64,000 nucleotides of DNA from a virus: positions 38,477 to 102,476 of IMG/VR virus record IMGVR_UViG_3300018036_000004; one strand, given 5' to 3'. Shown here piece after piece: positions 47,422 through 55,421 of this stretch. Position 1 is the first letter of the stretch; each line of letters begins with the position of its first letter. The notes under the pieces are model-generated. The model was given only the letters and a program-made list of their open reading frames with translations. It was not told the origin of the DNA and ran no database searches. Position numbers and translations under genes: made by a program.

Positions 47422-47432
47422 AGGTTTAAGTT

Positions 47433-48467
47433 ATGGTAGATAGTAAGACAGTAGTAAAACGATATATACTCAGACAAGCGGCTTTACAGGCCTATACAGA
47501 AGCCACACAGTCTAGGTACGCTTTTAATAGTAGACAGGCCCGTAAAGTAAGACAAGAGTTTACAGTAGAGGTGTTTGAAGCTTTTACTTATCCTTTTTTA
47601 AAGAAGGCTGTAGATAAGTTTACAATCAAGGATGTGGTTAAAAAGGTTAAAGACATCTGGTTGGCTTTTCAAAAAGTTCCTAAGTATTGGGAACAGTTTA
47701 AAAGTATGTTAGGTATTACAGCTAAAAACCTTATTACATTCACAGCACAGTTACCTAAAAAGATTATAGAGTTTTTCAAAAACGGATATAAAGGGTTTAC
47801 AGATGTTGTTAAACAGATGCAAAGTAAACTGTCCGAGTTTATGAAGGTGTTTAATGCTATAAGTAGTAACATTACTCCCTTTAACTTATTAATGGAAAAG
47901 GCTACAACATACCTAAAAGAATCCCCAGTCGGTAAACAGGTTATTGGTGTGTTAGACAACGGCAAGAAGAAAGCCGAAGACTTCCTTAGTAACATTAAGT
48001 TTAAAAGTGGTAATACTGGCTTAGACTTAATGAAAGATATACTGAATACTTTTCTAGATGGTAAGGTATCCAATACAGTAGGTATACCTTTAAAGGCTTA
48101 CATTTTCTTTGACATCTGGATTAGTGTGGCCGAGTTGTCTTGGGATTATACTGGAATCGTTAAAGGTATGTTAGGTCTTTTATCTTGGAGAGACTTGTTA
48201 GGAACACTACCTGAAAGTGGTGTGGGTTACTTAGTAAATAAGTTTCTAGGTTTCGCCTTCCCTGGTTTTGCTATTTTTAAAGGATACTCTTTGTTGACAA
48301 AGATAACAGGTAATCGTTTGATGTTAGTAATACCTGTGTTCCAAATTATTTACTTAATTAAAAATAAGTTAATAGCCATAGGCTCTTCCGTTATTAAGTT
48401 CTTTTGGGATAAGATGGGTATCCCAGACTTTAAGGACAAAGGATTGCCGGAAACAATAAGTTTGTAA
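47433..48467 (+). CDS. helical protein with RxA-rich N-terminus and hydrophobic C-terminal segments
   Basis: VVKRYILRQAA...SRYA...SRQA; amphipathic helices then hydrophobic stretches. Confidence 0.6.
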   Translation: MVDSKTVVKRYILRQAALQAYTEATQSRYAFNSRQARKVRQEFTVEVFEAFTYPFLKKAVDKFTIKDVVKKVKDIWLAFQKVPKYWEQFKSMLGITAKNLITFTAQLPKKIIEFFKNGYKGFTDVVKQMQSKLSEFMKVFNAISSNITPFNLLMEKATTYLKESPVGKQVIGVLDNGKKKAEDFLSNIKFKSGNTGLDLMKDILNTFLDGKVSNTVGIPLKAYIFFDIWISVAELSWDYTGIVKGMLGLLSWRDLLGTLPESGVGYLVNKFLGFAFPGFAIFKGYSLLTKITGNRLMLVIPVFQIIYLIKNKLIAIGSSVIKFFWDKMGIPDFKDKGLPETISL

Positions 48468-48528
48468 ATAATCCTAGTATTGTTGACACGCATATAGTAT
48501 ATATGTACAACAAGATTAGGAGATAGCT

Positions 48529-49899
48529 ATGGCTTTAGACACAAAGTACAGACCACGAAATTATGTAGATGTTTTAGGACAAGAATCTAGTACTGCTGTT
48601 TTAAAACAGTTTGTGAAAGAAGGAAAAGGCTTTCACCAGTCTTATGTGTTTTGTGGTCAACATGGTTCTGGTAAAACAACAATGGGTCGTATTCTAGCCC
48701 GTGCTTTATTGTGTTCTAATCCTGTAGAAGGTGAACCTTGTAATGAGTGCGAATCCTGTAATACCTTTCTAAGTGGTGGTGTACACGCTAACTTTGAAGA
48801 GTTAGATGCTGCTACTAGATCAGGTAAGGCTGACTTAGCACAAATTATAGAAGAACTTAACTACGCTTCCTTTTCAGGTAAAAGAAAGATTTACTTGTTC
48901 GACGAGTCCCATCGTTTATCTAAACAGGCCTTAGATGCGTTATTAAAACCGATGGAAGACACAATAGAAGGAAGTGAAGACAAAAGACTTATCTGTATTT
49001 TCTGTACAACAGAACCAGAGAAAATGGTATCTACTATCTTCTCTAGATGTGCTCCAGCGTTTGTTATTAAAGCCGTAGACGCAGAAGGTATTGCTGAACG
49101 ATTGGCTTATGTGTGTGAACAAGAGAGTATTAACTATACTATAGATTCCTTAGTAACAATAGCGGAAGTAGCAGAGTGTCACATTAGAGACTGTTTAAAA
49201 ATGGTTGAAGGTGTGTCTATGTTAGGGGACATTAATAAGCAGACAGTTACTCAGTACTTACAGATAGGTGCTAATGATTATATTGTGGACACACTTTTAA
49301 ACATTGGTGTGGATCTAAATCAATGTGTACAGAATACAGATTTACTATCTAAAGAAGTTTCTCCAAGTGTTGCATATGAAAGATTAGCAGATTGTTGTAT
49401 GGTGGCTTATCGTAAGTTTTTAGGTGTGGGTAAAGTTCCTAAACAATGGGAGGAGTCCAAGATAGAGGAACTATCTAAGAAGGGTGAACAGTTATTAACA
49501 TTGTCTATGAAGTTTGCTGCTCCAATACATAAACCTAGTAAACAAACATTGGTGTTAGATATAGCAATGTGTCATTATGGAGATAAGTTCCAAGTCCCAG
49601 ATAATTGTGTTACAATAAACTTTAATAACAGTGGTGCTAAATCTTCTACTAATGAGCATAAAAAATCAACAGTAGAAAAGATAAATGTAAGTAATATACA
49701 AAGTGAGGTTGTTAAAACAGACAAGCCAGTAAAGGGTCAGGTAAGTCAGTCTTTAACTCCTACAGGTGTCTGGGTAGACCCTAGAGCCATAAAAAGTATA
49801 AATACACAAAAAAGAATCACTAACGGGTTAGCACCTAATGAGTTTAGATCGATACTACTGTATCATCTGCGGAGACAAATAGATGGAGAGAGATGGTAA
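48529..49899 (+). CDS. dnaX: DNA polymerase III gamma/tau clamp-loader subunit
   Basis: KYRP...VLGQ, GQHGSGKTT, C4 Zn motif, ELDAA, FDESH, ALLK, TIFSRC. Confidence 0.9.
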   Translation: MALDTKYRPRNYVDVLGQESSTAVLKQFVKEGKGFHQSYVFCGQHGSGKTTMGRILARALLCSNPVEGEPCNECESCNTFLSGGVHANFEELDAATRSGKADLAQIIEELNYASFSGKRKIYLFDESHRLSKQALDALLKPMEDTIEGSEDKRLICIFCTTEPEKMVSTIFSRCAPAFVIKAVDAEGIAERLAYVCEQESINYTIDSLVTIAEVAECHIRDCLKMVEGVSMLGDINKQTVTQYLQIGANDYIVDTLLNIGVDLNQCVQNTDLLSKEVSPSVAYERLADCCMVAYRKFLGVGKVPKQWEESKIEELSKKGEQLLTLSMKFAAPIHKPSKQTLVLDIAMCHYGDKFQVPDNCVTINFNNSGAKSSTNEHKKSTVEKINVSNIQSEVVKTDKPVKGQVSQSLTPTGVWVDPRAIKSINTQKRITNGLAPNEFRSILLYHLRRQIDGERW

Positions 49900-50422
49900 A
49901 ACTTGGGTAATCCTTCAGTTAACTCCTTATGGGGAAGCCTTAGCTGAAAAGGGTGAACTGTATTCCAAACTTCGTAGGAGTATTCCTAGGGAAAAGGAAA
50001 TCTTTATACCATACCATCGAATAAACTTCCAAGGAAAAATTACAAAGTTAAATGTGTTAGAGGGTTATTGTTTTGTAGAATCGGGTCTACCAGAAAATGA
50101 TTACTTTAACTTTGGCTTAGAAAATTACATTGAAGATGTTTTACATAGTAAAAGTAGTAAGAGAGGTCCTATTACTTTACAGACTGTAAGGGATGTAGAT
50201 GTGCAAAAATTAAAAGACAGTCTACAAGAAATGCTAAGCCAAGACTTACAAGAAGATATGAGTGTAACTATTACAAGTGGTATCTACAAAGGTTTAGAGG
50301 GTAAGGTTGTAGGCTTTACAGAAGATAGGGGTGAGGCTTTTATTTATATAAGTTTAAGATCTTTAAAAGCCATCCGAACTGTTCCTACAATACTTTTAAC
50401 TACGGAGGTAGAGGATGTCTAA
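49883..50422 (+). CDS. NusG-like transcription factor
   Basis: IFIP...GYCFV NGN domain; KOW motif VTITSGIYKGLEGKV. Confidence 0.75.
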   Translation: MERDGKTWVILQLTPYGEALAEKGELYSKLRRSIPREKEIFIPYHRINFQGKITKLNVLEGYCFVESGLPENDYFNFGLENYIEDVLHSKSSKRGPITLQTVRDVDVQKLKDSLQEMLSQDLQEDMSVTITSGIYKGLEGKVVGFTEDRGEAFIYISLRSLKAIRTVPTILLTTEVEDV

Positions 50423-51020
50423 GTATTGGAGTAACTTTGTATATTTTGACAGCCATGACTTTGAAGGAATGTTTTCCAACGAAGACGGTATACATAACTT
50501 TCCTACATACAGTGAAGTCTTAGACGAAGACTCCCAAGAGAAATTAGATAGTATTAGGGAAGTGTTAGAAGAATTACCACCAAGGGAAGCCGATTTTATT
50601 GACTTGTACTTTTTTAAAAAAGTAACACAGTTGGGTATAGCAGACTTGTTTGGTGTTTCTCAACCTACAGTATGTTATAGGTTAGCTAAAGCCGCTAAAA
50701 GATTAAGTTACATAATTAACACACCAAACTATCCTATTAGTAGTGTGGAAGAAGACTTGAGGGGTGTGTTAACAGACGAGTTGGACATTAATATAATGTT
50801 GTTAATGTTACAAAAAACTTGTCAGTCAGAAGTAGCCCGAGAATTAAATGTTTCACAAGGATTAGTTCGTTATAGGTTTATGCGTAACTTAAAACAAATT
50901 AAAAACTTTAAGGATTTAGATAAAACCATAAAGTGTTTAGAGCATGTGTCTAATCACTTTAACATTCTAAAAGACACTAACAGATCAAAACTAGAAGAGT
51001 CTATTACTTATTCCTTATAA
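50415..51020 (+). CDS. protein with two sigma-70 region 4-like HTH domains
   Basis: LPPREADFIDLYF...TQLGIADLFGVSQPTV and CQSEVARELNVSQGLVRYR. Confidence 0.7.
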   Translation: MSKYWSNFVYFDSHDFEGMFSNEDGIHNFPTYSEVLDEDSQEKLDSIREVLEELPPREADFIDLYFFKKVTQLGIADLFGVSQPTVCYRLAKAAKRLSYIINTPNYPISSVEEDLRGVLTDELDINIMLLMLQKTCQSEVARELNVSQGLVRYRFMRNLKQIKNFKDLDKTIKCLEHVSNHFNILKDTNRSKLEESITYSL

Positions 51021-51068
51021 CAATAAATACTTTATACATTACATAGTGTGTCAGTAAAAAGGATTGTT

Positions 51069-51374
51069 ATGGATAAATCTTCTACCAAAAGAGTACTAAT
51101 GGCCCGTAGTGTGGCTACACAATGGTTACAAAAACATAGTTCGGCTGAGTACAGACTGCATGTGTATCCTACATTAGGCACAGCACAAACTTTACCTTCG
51201 TGGTTAAAAGCTTTTAGGGATGGTAAGTCTAAGTTTGGTAGTTTACAATCTTTTGATTTTGCTGTTGAAATTGGTAGTGATTCCTTTTGTATTCGTAGTC
51301 GTGACAAGGATAGCCTCATAACTTTAAATGCTAAGTTAGAAGAGATGGGTCACGAAACCTCAGGTGTTTGGTAA
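51069..51374 (+). CDS. hypothetical protein with MARSVAxxWL leader-like motif
   Basis: Class-2 motif upstream; AAGGA RBS. Confidence 0.55.
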   Translation: MDKSSTKRVLMARSVATQWLQKHSSAEYRLHVYPTLGTAQTLPSWLKAFRDGKSKFGSLQSFDFAVEIGSDSFCIRSRDKDSLITLNAKLEEMGHETSGVW

Positions 51375-51375
51375 G

Positions 51376-51804
51376 ATGGCTGTTTCATTAGTACAATCCG
51401 AGTTTACTTACCAAAGTGGTACAGCACCTACTTTGTATATGTTTACTATTGTATCTGATCTTAGTGGTACATTAAGTGTTCGAGATATACAAGACCCTTA
51501 TGGTTTTATTATCTCTCCTTATACACAGATACCTAAATCAGTAACTGACGACATACAAAGTGCTATGTTGCAAGTGGAGGGTCTTTTGAGTAGTACAAGT
51601 GCTTTTAATGGTAGTGTTAACTTTGTAGGAGAGACTACAAAAGTTATCACTTTCCCAAGTGTACAACCTAACCTAAATTACAGGGTTCATTTAACAAGTG
51701 ATATATTCGCACCTTTCAAAGTTACAAGTAAAACACTTACAAGTTTCACTATCGAATGTGGTGCGGAAATTACAGCCACTGTTTCGTTCGATGTTTTTAT
51801 TTAA
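51376..51804 (+). CDS. putative virion protein
   Basis: Beta-rich; ITFP...Y.V...KTxTSFTI tail-fibre-type C-terminus. Confidence 0.5.
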   Translation: MAVSLVQSEFTYQSGTAPTLYMFTIVSDLSGTLSVRDIQDPYGFIISPYTQIPKSVTDDIQSAMLQVEGLLSSTSAFNGSVNFVGETTKVITFPSVQPNLNYRVHLTSDIFAPFKVTSKTLTSFTIECGAEITATVSFDVFI

Positions 51805-51816
51805 CAAGGATAAGTT

Positions 51817-53418
51817 ATGAATAGACAACAAAAAGAAAACCTTAAAGGTCTACTAATGAGTGGAGACAAGGGTTCCATTAATCAAGCACTATCTTTGATG
51901 GATGCTTTAGATATGGCTACACAAGAAAAGGATAGTGAACTTATAAGAGAAGTTACTAATTACCTTTATGAGGAGGGTAGTGTAGACAACGATTACTTCG
52001 AACGCTCCCAAACTTTAAGAAAAGAAATGGTTCGTTTTAAAGGTGGTGTGGTTAAGGATTTAGTGGACTTTGTAGACGAAGTTGTACATGGTTGTTGGAA
52101 GGGTCCAAAAGGTAACAAACCTACAGGTTCCGCAATGCATAGTGAAAAGACTGTTTTTAATACAGATGAACTGGATTTTCTTTATTCTGTACAAGGTGAT
52201 TATAGTGCTGAAAGTCGTAACTTCGGAACGGCTTATAATTTTGTGAATTGTTTAAAACAATCCTTAAAACAGTATGGTCTAATACAAAAGGATGATCAAG
52301 TATACGCCCGCTATGATAGGGAAGACTTCATGTTTGAAGTAAGCTTAGACTTAAAGCAGATTAACTTTAATAAACTAAAATTAGCAAGTACAGGGAGTGA
52401 TACTATGCGAAAACTAGCTAGAACGGAACGTAAAAAAGGTATTGAGGTTTGGGTTTCCCGTAGAACAACAAACTTTCCAAAAAATGTAAACGATAAAAAG
52501 TATTGGCAAGGATACTTAGAGATGTTAGCAGACGTTCATGAATGGGATGAAGACGTTTATGAGCAGATGAAGATAGAAACCGACGAGGACGTGCTTTTAG
52601 AGAATATAAAACTAACCGATATAAACGACCTTGGAGACAATGCTATATTGACTTTCGATGTGGATGTTTCGTTTAATGATTCTTATTATAAACACGCAAG
52701 GAGTAATACTATGCGAAAATTAACTAAGAGACAAGCAAGTCGTAAACTGGATGAGTTGTACGGTCAACTCACTAACAATAAACAAGCCTATCTAACTAGA
52801 AGAGCAAAAACTGAAACCGTAAAGTTCACTATGGACTTTAATGAGATGTTTTCGTATGCCCAATTACGAGGTCATGATATAACTGATAGAGGTGTTATTG
52901 AGGGATTAATAATCCCTGAGTGGCAGGTAGAGGAAAAGGCTGAAGACTTTGTTATGGGTAATTATGGAGACGTGGATTGGGAAATCTACACTACCAAAGT
53001 TAAAGGAAGACCTAGAATTGACTTACATGCTGTAAGTCAAGGATATGAAGATTGGGAGATGGATGATAGCCACTATGGTGGTACCGTTTCTGGAACACTG
53101 GAGGTAACCCTTCATATTTCTGACGATAATTCTTCAAGACGTGCTCGTTTCTCTGAAGGACCCGAAGGTACAAAAGAGTTCGAAAAGTGGAAAGCCGAAC
53201 AACCCGAAGAGTTCCAAGAAGAATGGGATGCTAATACTGAAAAGTACAAAGATAAGTTTAAACAAGCCAAGTTAACTCGTAGACAAGCAAGTCGTGCTTT
53301 AGATCGTTTACATGCACAAGTTGTAGGTACTAAGCGTACAGCAAGTTCTAGAATGACTAAACGTCAGGCCTCTAGAAAGTTAGACTTGTTACACAAAAAA
53401 CTTACTACTAGACGATAA
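51817..53418 (+). CDS. multi-module (polyprotein-like) putative internal head protein
   Basis: Leader-B N-terminus; three (K/R)xT(K/R)RQASRxLD repeats; two internal RBS+ATG sites. Confidence 0.7.
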   Translation: MNRQQKENLKGLLMSGDKGSINQALSLMDALDMATQEKDSELIREVTNYLYEEGSVDNDYFERSQTLRKEMVRFKGGVVKDLVDFVDEVVHGCWKGPKGNKPTGSAMHSEKTVFNTDELDFLYSVQGDYSAESRNFGTAYNFVNCLKQSLKQYGLIQKDDQVYARYDREDFMFEVSLDLKQINFNKLKLASTGSDTMRKLARTERKKGIEVWVSRRTTNFPKNVNDKKYWQGYLEMLADVHEWDEDVYEQMKIETDEDVLLENIKLTDINDLGDNAILTFDVDVSFNDSYYKHARSNTMRKLTKRQASRKLDELYGQLTNNKQAYLTRRAKTETVKFTMDFNEMFSYAQLRGHDITDRGVIEGLIIPEWQVEEKAEDFVMGNYGDVDWEIYTTKVKGRPRIDLHAVSQGYEDWEMDDSHYGGTVSGTLEVTLHISDDNSSRRARFSEGPEGTKEFEKWKAEQPEEFQEEWDANTEKYKDKFKQAKLTRRQASRALDRLHAQVVGTKRTASSRMTKRQASRKLDLLHKKLTTRR

Positions 53419-53443
53419 GACTTAGTGTTTTGTGGTTAGACAT

Positions 53444-53478
53444 AAGGGTACACATACAAGTGTACCCTTCTTTGTTTA
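53444..53478 (+). terminator. intrinsic terminator
   Basis: AAGGGTACAC / GTGTACCCTT plus T-rich tail. Confidence 0.7.
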
Positions 53479-53489
53479 TAGGAGATAGT

Positions 53490-53765
53490 ATGGACTCTGT
53501 AAGATTTATTAGAGTATGGTGTGTTGTAAGAGATGGTTTTGTTTACACTAAACAAGGAAACCTAGGACAAGGACACACAGCAATACCTTGGCAGGTTTTA
53601 TTAAAGTTACATTTTAAAGTACCTTACACACAAGAACTTATATTAAGTGATTGGAATAGTATACCAGATACTAATAAGAAGTATGTCTATATAGATAGAA
53701 GAGAACACCAAGTTGTACTACAAGACTACTTAGGGGCTTTAGATGAATGGGTAGAACTTAAATAG
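53490..53765 (+). CDS. hypothetical protein
   Basis: AGGAGA RBS before ATG 53490. Confidence 0.6.
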   Translation: MDSVRFIRVWCVVRDGFVYTKQGNLGQGHTAIPWQVLLKLHFKVPYTQELILSDWNSIPDTNKKYVYIDRREHQVVLQDYLGALDEWVELK

Positions 53766-53803
53766 TTAGTTTATACGCTAATACTATTAAAGTAAGGTTC
53801 AGT

Positions 53804-54526
53804 ATGAAAAAACAATCAAAAGCAAATCTAACACCTAAAAGACAAATAATGGCATCTAACCAAAAGGAAAATAAAATGTCAAGAAAAATAACAGCCAAAG
53901 AACTTTTAAGAGAAGTCAGAACTTTGAAGAAACAAGCAGGTGAGAATCCTTGCGCCCCAAGACTAATTGAATACTCCGAAGATAGTGAGTTAAAGTCTCT
54001 GATTGAGCGAAGCATAGGACCAGATGGTTTGATGTATGGTTGGGGACACTTTACCTTGAAAAATATAGAGGTAGTGGATGGGATCGCGTACTTTGATGGG
54101 AACATTTCGGGTGAAGTCCCTGTTATGAAAGTGACCCCTTGGTTTGAAACTGCTAACCACCCACAAGTACAAAAAGCATTCAAAGAACTTGAGAAAGAAC
54201 TGAAGTCTTTTGTAGCGAAAAACGGTCTTTCCGATTTGAGGGTAGTCGCTAGTAACGACGATTATAACAGAAATGTAGACTGGATTACATCGGTTTCTAT
54301 CGTAGATAGCATAACGAATCGAAAGGTGTCCTTTCTTATAGGAGGGTGGGACACTGATTCAGCCGTTGTAGAGTCATGGTTGGGAGACCATTGGTCAAAG
54401 AAGTTCTCCGGAAATATAGATGCAGATGTTGCTATGGCAGTTTCAAATATGAGGAAGTTCATCAATAAAGACCTACTCCAGCAAGTATTAGAATCCAGAG
54501 CAAAGTTCGAAGCCAGAAAAAGATAA
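53804..54526 (+). CDS. leader-A protein (alternative start 53876)
   Basis: MSRKITAKELLREVRTLKKQAG. Confidence 0.7.
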   Translation: MKKQSKANLTPKRQIMASNQKENKMSRKITAKELLREVRTLKKQAGENPCAPRLIEYSEDSELKSLIERSIGPDGLMYGWGHFTLKNIEVVDGIAYFDGNISGEVPVMKVTPWFETANHPQVQKAFKELEKELKSFVAKNGLSDLRVVASNDDYNRNVDWITSVSIVDSITNRKVSFLIGGWDTDSAVVESWLGDHWSKKFSGNIDADVAMAVSNMRKFINKDLLQQVLESRAKFEARKR

Positions 54527-55421
54527 TCTTATGCGAAAACAATCTAAAGCAAATCTAACACCTAAAAGACAACGAACTCAATACTCATGTATGGCTACCT
54601 CAATGAGTATGTGTTTACAGGCCTTAGACTATCCACACGCTAATGAGGATGAAGTCAATAAGGTAATGGGTGCTTTACCGATGAGAGGGGCCGCTTGGGA
54701 ACAAGCTTTGGCATGTGCTCAGCATTATGGGTGTAGAGCCACATTAACAATGCCTTCTACAGTTAAGCAATTAAAAGAATGGACTGACCGAGGTGTTCCT
54801 GTAATGATTGCTTGGAACCCAGAGGGTCGTGATTGGTCTCATGCTTCTGTAGTCTTCGATGTAGATGAAGACTTAAATGTATATGTTGCTGACCCTAACA
54901 TTCCAGACCCAGATGAAACTGTAAGGGTTGTACCTAAAACAGAGTTCTATTCAAAGTGGTACGAGAAGTGGCCGAATTATCTAGTTCGTCGCCCTGCCTG
55001 CGCTATCGAGAGAGAAATAACTCCGGATGGGAGACAAATAATGGCATCTAAAAAGGAGAATAAAATGTCAAGAAATCCAGAAATAAGAAAAATTGCTCGA
55101 GAAATCGAATCTATTAAAGGTCAATTACAAGGCAAAACAGCAGGGACTTGGGATCTTGGAACAGAACTTTCTGCGTTGAAGAAAAACTCTGGAATCCATT
55201 TCAAGTTATCAGACAAGTTAATTGGGGAAGCCGTGGGAGAAGTGCAATTATACGAAGATTTGCGTAAAGGCTACAGCCTTTTAGATCAAGTAAAAGCGAT
55301 GTTGCAACAAACAATAGAAGAAATCGAATCCATGCAGAGAAAAATTAAGTCTGATAATGGCATCTAACCAAAAGGAAAATAAAATGTCAAGAAAAATAAC
55401 AGCCAAAGAACTTTTAAGAGA
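53846..55421. repeat. 68-bp exact direct repeat (53846-53913, 55354-55421); related partial copy at 55032-55075
   Basis: ATAATGGCATCTAACCAAAAGGAAAATAAAATGTCAAGAAAAATAACAGCCAAAGAACTTTTAAGAGA. Confidence 0.9.
54531..55367 (+). CDS. C39-like cysteine peptidase domain fused to a leader-A-like module
   Basis: QRTQYSC, WSHASVV, VADP triad pattern; then MSRNPEIRKIAREIESIKGQLQGKTAG. Confidence 0.75.
   Translation: MRKQSKANLTPKRQRTQYSCMATSMSMCLQALDYPHANEDEVNKVMGALPMRGAAWEQALACAQHYGCRATLTMPSTVKQLKEWTDRGVPVMIAWNPEGRDWSHASVVFDVDEDLNVYVADPNIPDPDETVRVVPKTEFYSKWYEKWPNYLVRRPACAIEREITPDGRQIMASKKENKMSRNPEIRKIAREIESIKGQLQGKTAGTWDLGTELSALKKNSGIHFKLSDKLIGEAVGEVQLYEDLRKGYSLLDQVKAMLQQTIEEIESMQRKIKSDNGI

Noticed and set aside
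49806-49815. dnaX -1 frameshift site (AAAAAAG)
   Set aside because: It is in the wrong phase (CAA AAA AGA) and only about 30 codons from the stop.
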